Assembly: GCA_963788325.1 (NCBI GenBank)
Contig: CAWBGJ010000008.1
Coordinates: 5,058 to 69,057, forward strand
Origin: an uncultured Actinomycetes bacterium
GTDB taxonomy: Bacteria > Actinomycetota > Actinomycetes > S36-B12 > CAIYMF01
DNA length: 64,000 nucleotides
Direction of reading: 5' to 3'
This document shows, piece by piece, positions 1 through 9,588 of the stretch (the first letter of the stretch is position 1; the number at the start of each line of letters is the position of its first letter). A model generated the notes under the pieces. That model had not been told where the DNA came from. It did no database searches and saw only the letters and a program-made list of their open reading frames with translations. The position numbers and the translations under genes are program-made.

Positions 1-1051
1 CCAGGGTCTGGCCAAGCTGGACCAGGGCGCCGCTGGTCCGGGTGCGCAGCTCGCTGTCCGGGTCGTCAGCGGCCTCGAGGAGCACGCGCTGGGCGGTCTC
101 CCAGATCCGGTTGACCGAGCGCTGTACGTCCGGGTGGTCGTACATGTCGACCTTGGCCTGCTCGACCCGCTCCCGGGTGCTCTCGTTGGTCCGCAGGTCT
201 TCGGCGAACTGCGTGAGCATCCGATCGATGGCCCGGCGGACGTCATGCTCGGGGTCGTCGCGCACGGCGGTCAGGAAGCGCACGAGCTCCAGGTGGATCC
301 GGTCGCCGACCATGTCGTCGACGAATCGGGGCGACCAGCCCGGTGCCTGCTTCGTGACCACCTCGATGACCGAGCGGCGGTTGGCCGCGACCCAGGCGTG
401 CAGCCGGTCGGCCAGGACGTCGACGATGCCGGTGTGCGCGCCGTCGGCCACCACCTGGCCCAGCAGGTGCCCCAGGGCGGGGGAGACCTCGGTGCGTGCG
501 ACCCGCTCGGCCAGGACACGTTCGATCATCGTGCGCATCTGCTCGTCGTCGAGCACGGCGAGCAGCCCGCGGACCGCCCGACCGAGCTCGCCGGCGACCC
601 GGGTGGCGTGCTCGGGCTGCTCCAGCCAGACCCCAGCGCGCCGGGTCACCTCGGCGTCGGTGACCTTCTCGCGCACCACGTCATCGGTGAGGAAGTGGGT
701 GCCGACGAACTCGCCGAGGGTGGCACCCATCTGGTCCTTGCGCGTAGGGATGATTGCGGTGTGCGGGATGGGCAGGCCCAGGGGGTGCCGGAACAGGGCA
801 GTGACGGCGAACCAGTCGGCAAGCGCGCCCACCATGGCGGCTTCCGCACCGGCCTGGACGTAGCCCACCCACCCCTCCGGGCTGGCTCCGGCCATCACCA
901 GCGTGAGCGCGAAGACCAGCGCGGCGAGGACGAACAGCCCGGTGGCCACGGCCTTCATCCGGCGCAGGCGGGTGCGACGCAGCTCGTCGGAACCACCCCA
1001 CGGGCTCTCCAGGTCCGCACCCGGCGCTGCCGGTGCAGTAGCGGTCGTCAT
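1..1051 (-). CDS. DUF445-family membrane protein (C-terminal part runs off the window start)
   Basis: My own translation of the minus strand from the ATG at 1051 gives MTTATAPAAPGADLESPWGG...ADWFAVTALFRHPLGLPIPHTAIIPTRKDQ, the block typical of DUF445/YjiN-like proteins. The frame stays open to position 1. It is absent from the ORF track because no stop lies in the window. Confidence 0.7.
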   Translation of the reverse strand, partial: MTTATAPAAPGADLESPWGGSDELRRTRLRRMKAVATGLFVLAALVFALTLVMAGASPEGWVGYVQAGAEAAMVGALADWFAVTALFRHPLGLPIPHTAIIPTRKDQMGATLGEFVGTHFLTDDVVREKVTDAEVTRRAGVWLEQPEHATRVAGELGRAVRGLLAVLDDEQMRTMIERVLAERVARTEVSPALGHLLGQVVADGAHTGIVDVLADRLHAWVAANRRSVIEVVTKQAPGWSPRFVDDMVGDRIHLELVRFLTAVRDDPEHDVRRAIDRMLTQFAEDLRTNESTRERVEQAKVDMYDHPDVQRSVNRIWETAQRVLLEAADDPDSELRTRTSGALVQLGQTL

Positions 1052-1155
1052 GGCATCTCCCTGCCCTGCGTCGAGGTGCCGAGTCTAGAGGGGTGCCCTC
1101 GGGCGGGTCGCCGATGCAGTACGGCCGCCCCGGGCGGCCCCGCGCCGGTGCGGCG

Positions 1156-2565
1156 TCAGTCGAGGATGGCGTGCGCCGCCCGGCGGTGGAACGTCACGGA
1201 CAGCGCGAGGTCGTCGACGTGGATGCGCTCGTCGGCGTTGTGGTACCCGGACTCCACCACCTGTGCGGGGGTCGTGGCGATCGGGCTGAACCCGTAGGCG
1301 ACGGTCCCGAAGTCGCGGCGCAGGTACACCGAGTCGGTGAACCCGGTGCTGAGCATCGGCAGCGGCTCGGCGCCGACCTCGTCGGCCAGGAACTCCCTGC
1401 ACACGTCCCAGAGCACGCCTGCGGGCGGGGACGCGTTGCCCGCGACCGAGGGCACCGGGAAGGTCAGCTCGACGTCGTCGGCCAGGTCCCCGAGCCGTGC
1501 GCGGACCGCGGCGAGGACCTCGTCGTCGGTGGTGCCCGGCAGGATCCGGGCGTCCAGGCCGACCGCGGCCCGCCCCGGGATGACATTCGATGCCGGCGCA
1601 CCGTGCAGCAGCGTCGGGGTCATCGTGGTGCCACTGAGCGCCGGCAGCACGAACCCGAAGGTCGGGTGCAGTGGCGCTGCACGTTCGATCGCCGCGGCCA
1701 CGCCCAGCTGCCGGGTCATGCCCGCCCCGAGCAGGGCGTCCAGGGTGGCGTGGATCGAGGGGTGGTCGCTGGGCTCCGGGTGGCCCGGGCCGATCGCGGT
1801 GAGCACCACGCCCAGCCGGGGGACCGGGTTGTCGCCCACACCAGGCATGGAGGCGTGGCCCGCCTCGCCGGGCACGTCGACGCGGACCGGGCACGTGCCC
1901 TTCTCCCCGATGCCGATCGCCGCGAGCAACCGGCCGTCGGCCAGGCGGTAGGGCAGTCCGCCGCCCTCGTTGAGCGCGTAGTCGACGGCCAGGTCCCGGC
2001 GGTGGGCCGTCAACCAGTTCATCCCGACCATCGCCGCCCCGTCCTCCTCATCCGAGGCGATCACCAGCAGCAGGTCACCGCGCGGTCGGAACCCGTCGCG
2101 GGCCAGCGACGCGAACGCGACCGCCCGCGCGGCCACCTCGCCCTTCATGTCCAGCGCCCCGCGACCCCACAGGTACCCGTCCTCGTCGAGGAAGGCCTCG
2201 AACGGCGGGTGGGTCCATGCGCGCGCATCGGCCGGGACGACGTCGCTGTGGCCTACGAACGCCAGGCTCGGTGCGCCCGGCGACGCCTCGACCGACGCAG
2301 TGTGCAGCCCCACGCCCTCGCCCGACGTCTCGCCCGACCCGCGCAGCCGCGCGATCAGGTTCAGCCGCGCCGGGTCCGGGCCGACGAGCTCGGCCTCGAC
2401 GCCGGACTTGGCCAGGTACTCGGCCAGGGCATGGGCCACCTCGGTCTCGTTGCCGTTCGTCGAGTCGATGCGCAGCAGCGTCTGGGCCAGTGCGATCACC
2501 TCTGCGCGCAGGTCGGCGGCGTCGCTGGTGGTGGTGGTCGTGCTCGGGGCAGTCATGGCCCCCAT
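1156..2565 (-). CDS. M20/M25/M40 family metallopeptidase (dipeptidase/ArgE/DapE-like)
   Basis: 469-aa ORF with the GHSDVVP, GRGALDMKG and IASDEEDG metal-ligand blocks characteristic of peptidase family M20. Confidence 0.85.
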   Translation of the reverse strand: MGAMTAPSTTTTTSDAADLRAEVIALAQTLLRIDSTNGNETEVAHALAEYLAKSGVEAELVGPDPARLNLIARLRGSGETSGEGVGLHTASVEASPGAPSLAFVGHSDVVPADARAWTHPPFEAFLDEDGYLWGRGALDMKGEVAARAVAFASLARDGFRPRGDLLLVIASDEEDGAAMVGMNWLTAHRRDLAVDYALNEGGGLPYRLADGRLLAAIGIGEKGTCPVRVDVPGEAGHASMPGVGDNPVPRLGVVLTAIGPGHPEPSDHPSIHATLDALLGAGMTRQLGVAAAIERAAPLHPTFGFVLPALSGTTMTPTLLHGAPASNVIPGRAAVGLDARILPGTTDDEVLAAVRARLGDLADDVELTFPVPSVAGNASPPAGVLWDVCREFLADEVGAEPLPMLSTGFTDSVYLRRDFGTVAYGFSPIATTPAQVVESGYHNADERIHVDDLALSVTFHRRAAHAILD

Positions 2566-2721
2566 CGTGGCCTACGCCCCGGGCCCCTCGATCACGGGAG
2601 TCAACCTGGTGCCCCACTGCTCCAAGAGCAGCAGAACCTGTCCAGATCGTCGGGCGCGCGGGGCAGTCGGGGCGCGCCGGGCAGGTGCGGCGCCCGGGGG
2701 CAGGCGGGGTAGCCGCGCGGG

Positions 2722-4233
2722 TCAGGCGTTGCGCTCGAACATCCCGGCCACCGCGGCGAGGCCGAGCACCGAGCGCGCCGCGTACTCCGAGCGCCACATC
2801 CCGCCGTGGCAGGAGCCGTCGACGAACAGCTGCATCGGGTGCGCGATCGGAACCTCCGGATTCGCCGTCGAGGCCGGGTTGCGCAGGTCATGGACGAGTA
2901 GCGCGGCCATGATCGCGTTCGAGGTGTCCGGCTCGAAGATCTCCAGGCCGAACCGGTCCGCGCCGGCGTACGCCGCGGCCAGGCCCTTGTTCTTGACCAC
3001 CGATCGGGTCCGGGTGCTCGGCGCCACGTTCAACGACACCCGCACGCCGTCCTCGCGCGCGGCCATCGCCCGCCAGCGCTGCAGGCGCTTGGCCAGCAGG
3101 TAGTTGGGGCCCTGCTGGCTCACGAGGCAGTCGCAGATGCCGTACTCGACCCCGTCCGGGGTGAACAGCGTCTCGGGGTAGTTCTGCTCGAACTGCCCGA
3201 CCAGGCGCAGCGGTGAGCGGGCATAGCGCCACATGCCGGCGGAGCGCCACCGTCGCCGGGACTCCGCCACGGCCTCGATCGGAGCGGCGAACACGTCGGT
3301 CGGGGTGGCCAGCCAGGCCAGCATCAGGTCGTAGCCATCGCCGATCAGGTCCATGCTGATCGCGTCGATGGCCAGCGAGACACGAACGTGCAGGGGACCG
3401 TCGGCGTACACGTAGTTGCCCAGGGTGAAGGGCCGCCCGATCCCGGCCAGCCAGGTCCGCACCTCGGGGGTCTGGGTCAGCAGGTCAGCCCCGGCGACGG
3501 CGGCCAGCGCATCGCCCTGCAGCTGGGTGCGATCGGGCATCCCTGCGGGGACCGGGACCTTCATTCGGCCGGCCCGGCCCTGGGCGTCGGCGATGACGCG
3601 GCGCCAGAGGTCCGGCCGCGGCAGGTCGACCGCCCAGACGGTGGCCTCCCAGTCCAGCAGGCAGGCCGCGGGGCCCATCTCCGCTCCGGCGCCGAGCACG
3701 GCGAAGTCCACTCCGTTGAGGTCCAGCCACTCGGGGTGGGTGATCACCGCATCCAGTGCGTGCGCGAAGCTCGGCTCCACGGTCCCGGAGGCCACCCAGA
3801 CATCGAGCTGGTGGTGCAGGTCCGCTCCGGAGAGCTGGCGGCCGTGGTACGGGACGACCAGCTCGGTCACGGCCCGCCCGGTGCCCACGACTTCGGCGGT
3901 GGCGAACTCGGGCTCGGGGTGCTCGGCCATCGCGGTGGCCAGGTCGGTGGTTCGCCCGTCGCGGGTGAACGTGAACCGCTCATGCAGGCTGGCCAGCCCG
4001 TCGCGGCTCATCGACACCGAACCGCCGGGGGCCGTAAGTCCGGACTCGACGAGCTCCCGGGCCGGGGGCAGGTAGCCCTTGCGCCAGTTCGCGATCGCCT
4101 CGATCCGGGCGGCGAGCTCGGGATCCGTGCCTCGGGCAGCGTCGGCGAAGACCGTCCGGCCGGTGGCCATCGAGGACTGCTTGCCGCCCTCGATCGGGAA
4201 GTCGATGCCCCGCTGCGGGTCGAACTCGGGCAC
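2722..4233 (-). CDS. Conserved hypothetical protein with a Rossmann-like dinucleotide-binding motif
   Basis: 503-aa ORF with good GC3 bias. FAVLGAGAEMGP followed by TVWAVDL looks like a beta-alpha-beta GxGxxxG fold. I recognise no family. It lies 10 nt downstream of glgA on the same strand. Confidence 0.6.
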   Translation of the reverse strand: MPEFDPQRGIDFPIEGGKQSSMATGRTVFADAARGTDPELAARIEAIANWRKGYLPPARELVESGLTAPGGSVSMSRDGLASLHERFTFTRDGRTTDLATAMAEHPEPEFATAEVVGTGRAVTELVVPYHGRQLSGADLHHQLDVWVASGTVEPSFAHALDAVITHPEWLDLNGVDFAVLGAGAEMGPAACLLDWEATVWAVDLPRPDLWRRVIADAQGRAGRMKVPVPAGMPDRTQLQGDALAAVAGADLLTQTPEVRTWLAGIGRPFTLGNYVYADGPLHVRVSLAIDAISMDLIGDGYDLMLAWLATPTDVFAAPIEAVAESRRRWRSAGMWRYARSPLRLVGQFEQNYPETLFTPDGVEYGICDCLVSQQGPNYLLAKRLQRWRAMAAREDGVRVSLNVAPSTRTRSVVKNKGLAAAYAGADRFGLEIFEPDTSNAIMAALLVHDLRNPASTANPEVPIAHPMQLFVDGSCHGGMWRSEYAARSVLGLAAVAGMFERNA

Positions 4234-4243
4234 GCCGGGCGCC

Positions 4244-5413
4244 CTAGCCGCGCTCGTCGATGGTGCGCTGGTACACGTCCACCGTGATCTTGGCGATCTT
4301 GTCCCAGCCGAACTGATCGACCGCGCGCTCGCGGCCGGCGGCGCCCATCGCCGCAGCCCGCGCCGGATCGGACATCACCGAGGTCAGCGCCGCGGCCAGC
4401 CCGGACTCGAAGCCTGCAGCGTCGGCCTCGTCGTAGTGGATCAGGTGTCCGGTCTCACCCTCGACCACGACCTCGGGGATCCCGCCGACATCGCTGGCCA
4501 CGACCGCCGTCCGGCAGGCCATCGCCTCGAGGTTGACGATCCCCAGGGGCTCGTAGACCGACGGGCAGGCGAACACGCCCGCATGGGTCAGGGCCTGCAC
4601 CAGGTGCGCCCGGCTGAGGTGCTCGTTGACCCACACCATGTTGGCCGCGCCCTTGGTCTCGCGCAGGGCTGCGACGCCGGCCTCGACCTCGGCACCCAGC
4701 TCCGGGGTGTCCGGTGAGGAGGCGATGAACACCAGGGGGATGTCGGGGTCCATGAGCGCCGCCGCCCGCAGCAGGTGCGCGATCCCCTTCTGGCGCGTGA
4801 TCCGCCCGACGAACAGCACGTAGGGCCGGCTGGGATCGATGCCGACCGACTCGATCAGGTCGGTGTTCGGGTCGGGTTGGTAGAGCTGCGTGTCGATGCC
4901 GTTGTGCACGACCTCGACCTTCGCCGGGTCGACGTTCGGGTAGGAGTCAAGCACGTCGCCGCGCATGCCGTGGCTGACCGCGATGATCCGGTCGGCACCC
5001 TCGTAGGCAGTCTTCTCGATCCAGGATGACAGCCGGTAGCCGCCACCGAGCTGCTCGGCCTTCCACGGCCGCTTGGGCTCCAGCGAGTGCGCCGAGATGA
5101 CATGCGGGATGTCGAGGTAGATGCCGCCGGCGTGCCCGGCGAAGTTCGCGTACCAGGTGTGGGAGTGCAGCAGCTGCGCACCCTCGCTGGCCGCGACCAT
5201 GGCCAAGGAGATCCCCATGGTCTGCAGCGAGGCGTTCGCCGCGGCCAGGGTCTCGGGGACCTGGTGGGCGTTGGCGTCCTCGCGCGGGGCACCCCAGCAC
5301 TGGACGTCGACATCGATGAGTTTGCGCAACTCGCGCGCGAGGTACTCCACATGAACACCCGCGCCGCCGTAGGCCTCCGGGGGCCATTCCCGTGTCAGCA
5401 ATCCGATTCGCAT
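4244..5413 (-). CDS. glgA: GT4 glycogen synthase / alpha-maltose-1-phosphate synthase (GlgA/GlgM type)
   Basis: 389 aa. [30 protein letters not shown]-terminus, a C-terminal GT-B block ([18 protein letters not shown]), and divergent pairing with glgC. Confidence 0.85.
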   Translation of the reverse strand: MRIGLLTREWPPEAYGGAGVHVEYLARELRKLIDVDVQCWGAPREDANAHQVPETLAAANASLQTMGISLAMVAASEGAQLLHSHTWYANFAGHAGGIYLDIPHVISAHSLEPKRPWKAEQLGGGYRLSSWIEKTAYEGADRIIAVSHGMRGDVLDSYPNVDPAKVEVVHNGIDTQLYQPDPNTDLIESVGIDPSRPYVLFVGRITRQKGIAHLLRAAALMDPDIPLVFIASSPDTPELGAEVEAGVAALRETKGAANMVWVNEHLSRAHLVQALTHAGVFACPSVYEPLGIVNLEAMACRTAVVASDVGGIPEVVVEGETGHLIHYDEADAAGFESGLAAALTSVMSDPARAAAMGAAGRERAVDQFGWDKIAKITVDVYQRTIDERG

Positions 5414-5524
5414 GCTGGGAGCCTAGGCCGCGGTGCGGCCGTGTTGCGCGTCCGAGGGCTGCTGCCCTGCCCGGCAGCGCCCTCCGACGCGCCTGAACCG
5501 GGTGGGCATGACTACCGTGGTGGC

Positions 5525-6742
5525 ATGCCGAATCGTCGAGTTCTTGGAATCGTCCTCGCAGGTGGAGCGGGCAAGCGACTGATGCCGCTGACCGCCGATC
5601 GCGCCAAGCCTGCCGTCCCGTTCGGGGGCAGCTACCGGTTGATCGACTTCGTGCTCAGCAACCTGGTGAACGCTGGCTATCACCGGATCGCTGTGCTCAC
5701 CCAGTACAAGTCCCACTCCCTGGACCGGCACATCACCCAGACCTGGGCGATGCCCGGCATCCTGGGCAACTACGTGACCGCCGTCCCGGCCCAGCAGCGC
5801 CTCGGCCCACGCTGGTACACCGGGTCCGCTGACGCGATCTACCAGAGCCTGAACCTGATCGAGGACGACGATCCGGACTACCTGATGGTGTTCGGCGCGG
5901 ACAACATCTACCGGATGGACCCGCGCCAGATGCTCGACCAGCACATAGAGACCGGTGCTGCGGTCACGGTCGCCGGCATCCGCAAGCCGCGCGCGGAGGC
6001 CACCGAGTTCGGCGTGATCGAGCAGGACGCGAGCTCCACGAGGATCATGGCCTTCCACGAGAAGGTGCCCGACCCGCCGGCCATCCCCGGCTCCCCGGAC
6101 GAGTCGTTCATCTCGATGGGCAACTACCTGTTCTCGCGCGAGGGGCTCGTGGAGAGTCTGCGTGCAGACGCCTCCGACGACACCTCCGTTCACGACATGG
6201 GCGGCAACATCATCCCGCAGCTCACCGAGCAGGGGTTGGCCCACGTCTACGACTTCGGCACCAACGTCGTGCCCGGGGAGACCGAGCGTGACAAGGCCTA
6301 CTGGAAGGACGTCGGCTCGATCGACGCCTACCACGAGGCGCACATGGACCTGGTCAGCGTGCACCCCATCTTCAACCTCTACAACCGCGACTGGCCGATC
6401 ATCACCAGCTCGCTGGGCTCCCCGCCGCCCGCGAAGTTCGTCGAGGGTGGCAACGCCCACGAGTCGATCATCGGAGCCGGCACGGTCATCGCCGGTGGGC
6501 ACGTGCGCTCCTCGGTGCTGTCCCACGACGTGCGGGTGGCGCAGGGCGCCTACGTCGAGGGGGCCGTCCTGCTGCCCGGGGTGCGGATCGGCCGCGGTGC
6601 GGTGGTGCGCAACGCGATCCTGGACAAGAACGTCATCGTGCCCGACGGCGCCCAGGTGGGAGTGCACCTCGACGCTGACCGGGAGCGGTTCACCGTCTCC
6701 GAGGGTGGGATCGTGGCAGTCGGCAAGGGCATCACGATCTGA
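5525..6742 (+). CDS. glgC: Glucose-1-phosphate adenylyltransferase
   Basis: Internal ATG at 5525 of ORF 5087..6742. [51 protein letters not shown] is the canonical GlgC N-terminus. The upstream part of the ORF is non-coding-like. Confidence 0.95.
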   Translation: MPNRRVLGIVLAGGAGKRLMPLTADRAKPAVPFGGSYRLIDFVLSNLVNAGYHRIAVLTQYKSHSLDRHITQTWAMPGILGNYVTAVPAQQRLGPRWYTGSADAIYQSLNLIEDDDPDYLMVFGADNIYRMDPRQMLDQHIETGAAVTVAGIRKPRAEATEFGVIEQDASSTRIMAFHEKVPDPPAIPGSPDESFISMGNYLFSREGLVESLRADASDDTSVHDMGGNIIPQLTEQGLAHVYDFGTNVVPGETERDKAYWKDVGSIDAYHEAHMDLVSVHPIFNLYNRDWPIITSSLGSPPPAKFVEGGNAHESIIGAGTVIAGGHVRSSVLSHDVRVAQGAYVEGAVLLPGVRIGRGAVVRNAILDKNVIVPDGAQVGVHLDADRERFTVSEGGIVAVGKGITI

Positions 6743-6858
6743 TCGCTGCACCTGCCGGGCCGCCGACGATCGACCTGGCCGCTTGTTTCATCGATCTGGC
6801 CCTCATACCGCCGGATCGATGATCCACGCCGCCGGCGGCACACCGAGGCGGGACCCGG

Positions 6859-7053
6859 CTACTTCTTGAACGCCTTGCACTTGTCGCCGAGGTGCGCTGC
6901 GGCGTCCTCGCGGGCCTTCTTGCGCGAGCGTCGGCCGGGGCCGGCCCAGCCGCAGTCACAACGAGCCTGGGTGAAGTTCTTCTTGTCCACAAGGTGCAGT
7001 GGGGTGTCGTGCCGCCCGAGGTCGGGGACCTTGTCGTCCTTCTTGCTCATCAC
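6859..7053 (-). CDS. Small basic Cys/His-containing protein (hypothetical)
   Basis: 64 aa. A strong GAGGAGG Shine-Dalgarno lies just upstream of ATGATG, GC3 is high, and a CDC...H....C pattern suggests a possible zinc knuckle. Confidence 0.6.
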   Translation of the reverse strand: MMSKKDDKVPDLGRHDTPLHLVDKKNFTQARCDCGWAGPGRRSRKKAREDAAAHLGDKCKAFKK

Positions 7054-7109
7054 GCCTCCTCGGTCTCGGGCACTCTACGCGGCCGGGCTTGCCGAGTTAC
7101 GCTGGGCCC

Positions 7110-7313
7110 ATGTCGACCAGCACCTGGACAGTCACCGGAATGACCTGCGAGCACTGCGTCAAGGCCGTCACCGAGGAGGTGTCGGGGATCGAGGGCGTCA
7201 CCGCCGTGGAGGTCGACCTGGTCACCGGGGGCGTCACCGTCACCGCGGATTCCGACCCCACCCGCGAGGCCGTGGCCGCCGCGGTGGATGAGGCCGGATA
7301 CGCCCTGGCCTGA
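7110..7313 (+). CDS. Heavy-metal-associated (HMA) domain protein, CopZ-like
   Basis: 67 aa starting at the internal ATG 7110. GMTCEHC metal-binding motif with a ferredoxin-like HMA layout. Confidence 0.85.
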   Translation: MSTSTWTVTGMTCEHCVKAVTEEVSGIEGVTAVEVDLVTGGVTVTADSDPTREAVAAAVDEAGYALA

Positions 7314-7315
7314 TC

Positions 7316-8215
7316 GTGGGCGCCATCGAGATCGTCGAGGTCAGCGCCCGGGATGGGCTGCAGAACGATCCTGCCCGGCTGAGCACCGCGCAGAAGGTCG
7401 AGCTCATCGGCCGCTGCGCCGACGCCGGGCTGCGCCGCGCCGAGATCGCCTCGTTCGTGCACCCGAGGCTCGTGCCGCAGATGGCCGACGCGGAGGCCGT
7501 GGTGGCCGGGGTGCGGGCCAGCGTGCCCGGACCTGCCTCATGGATCGGGCTCGTGCTCAACACCCGCGGGTTCCACCGGGCCGCCGCGTCCGGTGTCGAT
7601 GAGGTCAACTGCGTCGTGTCGGTCACCGACGAGTTCTCGCACGCCAACCAGGGCATGAGCAGCGCCGAGGCGGTGGCCGTCGTGGCCGAGGTTGTGCCCC
7701 TGGCGCTCGCCGCGGGGATCCGGCCCACCGTCACGCTGTCGGTGGCGTTCGGCTGCCCGTTCGCCGGTGAGGTGCCCCTGGACGCGCTGCGCTGCGTGGT
7801 CGAGGCTGTGGCCGGCACGGGTGTCACCGAGATCGCGATCGCCGACACGATCGGTGTGGCCGTGCCGCACCACGTCAGCGAGCGGGTCGCCGCGACGCGT
7901 GCCCTGATCGGCGACCTGCCCCTACGCGCGCACTTCCACAACACCCGCAACACGGGTTACGCCAACGCGCTGGCGGCTGCGGACGCGGGTGTGGACGTCC
8001 TCGATGCCAGCCTCGGCGGCATCGGCGGCTGCCCCTTCGCGCCACGCGCCACGGGCAACATCGCCACCGAGGACCTCGTCTTCGCCCTGCACCGCAGCGG
8101 GTTCACGACCGGGGTCGACCTCGAGGCCGCGATCGCCGCCAGCGAGTGGCTGGGTGCGCAGCTGGGTCGCGAGCTGCCTGCGTACCTGCCCAAGGCGGGC
8201 CCGTTCCCGGCCTGA
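7316..8215 (+). CDS. Hydroxymethylglutaryl-CoA lyase family protein
   Basis: 299 aa. VEVSARDGLQND plus downstream HFHNTRNTGYANALAA and GGLGGCPFAP-like (GGIGGCPFAP) blocks of the HMGL/DRE-TIM family. Confidence 0.85.
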   Translation: MGAIEIVEVSARDGLQNDPARLSTAQKVELIGRCADAGLRRAEIASFVHPRLVPQMADAEAVVAGVRASVPGPASWIGLVLNTRGFHRAAASGVDEVNCVVSVTDEFSHANQGMSSAEAVAVVAEVVPLALAAGIRPTVTLSVAFGCPFAGEVPLDALRCVVEAVAGTGVTEIAIADTIGVAVPHHVSERVAATRALIGDLPLRAHFHNTRNTGYANALAAADAGVDVLDASLGGIGGCPFAPRATGNIATEDLVFALHRSGFTTGVDLEAAIAASEWLGAQLGRELPAYLPKAGPFPA

Positions 8216-8300
8216 TCCAGGCGCCCGCAGGCCCGGACGCACCCACGTGTCCGATATCACAGTCGCCGGCCGTGCTCGGGACCCCAACCGCACAGGCGGA

Positions 8301-8322
8301 GTTCACCGCGTGTTCACCGCGA
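8301..8322 (+). promoter_or_regulatory. PHO box: two tandem 11-nt direct repeat units (GTTCACCGCGT GTTCACCGCGA) upstream of pstS
   Basis: Read directly, 77-98 nt upstream of the pstS start. A GTTCACC core repeated with 11-nt periodicity is the arrangement described for actinobacterial PhoP/RegX3 sites. Confidence 0.55.
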
Positions 8323-8398
8323 CAGCGCCAGCCATTCCCACAGTGGTCCTAGCGTCCGTGCTGTCCGACAGACCTACGAACACACAGGAGCAACCACG

Positions 8399-9484
8399 GT
8401 GAAGAACCGTCTCGTCGCGGGAGCCGCCATCTCGGCCGCGCTCGCGCTCACCCTCGCCGGCTGCAGCGACTCCGGCACCACCGACACCGGCGCCTCCGGC
8501 GACGCCGGTTCGGGCCTCTCCGGCAGCATCAAGGCCTCGGGCTCCTCGGCCCAGAAGAACGCGATGGCCGAATGGATCAACGCCTTCCAGACCAAGAACG
8601 AGGGCGTCACGATCGACTACCAGGCCAACGGGTCCGGCGCCGGCATCCAGGACTTCATCAACAACCAGACCGCCTTCGGTGGCTCCGATGCCGCGATCTC
8701 GGGCGAGGACAAGACCGCGGCCGATGCCCGGTGCACCGGCGGCGAGACGATCAACATCCCGATGGTCGGCGGCGCGATCGCCCTGGCCTACAACGTCGAG
8801 GGTGTCGACAGCCTGACGCTGACCCCCGAGGTCATCGCGGGGATCTTCGACAGCTCGATCACGAAGTGGAACGACCCGAAGATCGCCGACATCAACGCCG
8901 GCGTGACCCTGCCCGATGCGCCCATCGCGCAGTTCCACCGCAGCGACGAGTCCGGCACGACCGCCAACTTCACCGCCTACCTGGCAGCGACCGCGCCCGA
9001 CGAGTGGACGTTCGAGGTTGGCAAGGCGTGGACCGCTCCCGGTGGCCAGGGCTCCAAGGGCAGCGACGGCGTCGCCTCCTCGCTGACCTCGACCCCGAAC
9101 TCCATCGGCTACGTCGAGCTGTCCTTCGTCCTCGACGGTGACCTCAAGGCCGCCATGGTCGACAACGGTGGCGGCGCGGTCGAGGCCACCTCGGCCAACG
9201 CCGCCACGGCGATCTCCTCGGCTGCGATCGTGGGCCAGGGCAACGATCTCGCCCTGGAGCTCGATCCGACCATCTCCGACGCCGGTGCCTACCCGATCGT
9301 CCTGGTGACCTACGAGATCACCTGCTCGACCGGCCTGCCGGCCGCCGACCTGGCCATCGTCAAGCCGTTCCTGCAGTACACGGCCAGCACCGAGGGCCAG
9401 GGCATCCTCGAGGGGATCGGATACGTTCCGATCACCGGCGAGCTGCTCGCCAAGGTTCAGGCCTCCGTCGAGGCCCTGGCCTGA
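8399..9484 (+). CDS. pstS: Phosphate ABC transporter substrate-binding lipoprotein
   Basis: 361 aa. Lipobox LAGCS, GSSAQKNAMAEW, and the pstSCAB gene order. Confidence 0.95.
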   Translation: MKNRLVAGAAISAALALTLAGCSDSGTTDTGASGDAGSGLSGSIKASGSSAQKNAMAEWINAFQTKNEGVTIDYQANGSGAGIQDFINNQTAFGGSDAAISGEDKTAADARCTGGETINIPMVGGAIALAYNVEGVDSLTLTPEVIAGIFDSSITKWNDPKIADINAGVTLPDAPIAQFHRSDESGTTANFTAYLAATAPDEWTFEVGKAWTAPGGQGSKGSDGVASSLTSTPNSIGYVELSFVLDGDLKAAMVDNGGGAVEATSANAATAISSAAIVGQGNDLALELDPTISDAGAYPIVLVTYEITCSTGLPAADLAIVKPFLQYTASTEGQGILEGIGYVPITGELLAKVQASVEALA

Positions 9485-9501
9485 CGAACACCTGATGGAC
9501 C

Positions 9502-9542
9502 GGTTCTGGGGCGCGGGCCGACCGCGCCCGTGCCCCAGAACC
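9502..9542 (+). terminator. pstS-pstC intercistronic stem-loop (17-bp arms, one mismatch, 7-nt loop)
   Basis: GGTTCTGGGGCGCGGGC (9502-9518) pairs with GCCCGTGCCCCAGAACC (9526-9542). There is no U-tract, so it is probably a partial terminator or mRNA stabiliser that decouples pstS from pstCAB levels. Confidence 0.5.
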
Positions 9543-9588
9543 GCATCCCCTAGCCTGAACACCATCCCAGACATGAGACGAGACCAGG

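Noticed and set aside
6768-6801. Imperfect direct repeat GATCGACCTGGCC / CATCGATCTGGCC and a small GGATC-GAT-GATCC palindrome in the convergent glgC/small-protein spacer.
   Set aside because: The repeats are short and imperfect, and the location is a convergent 3' region. They are most simply weak terminator-region sequence.
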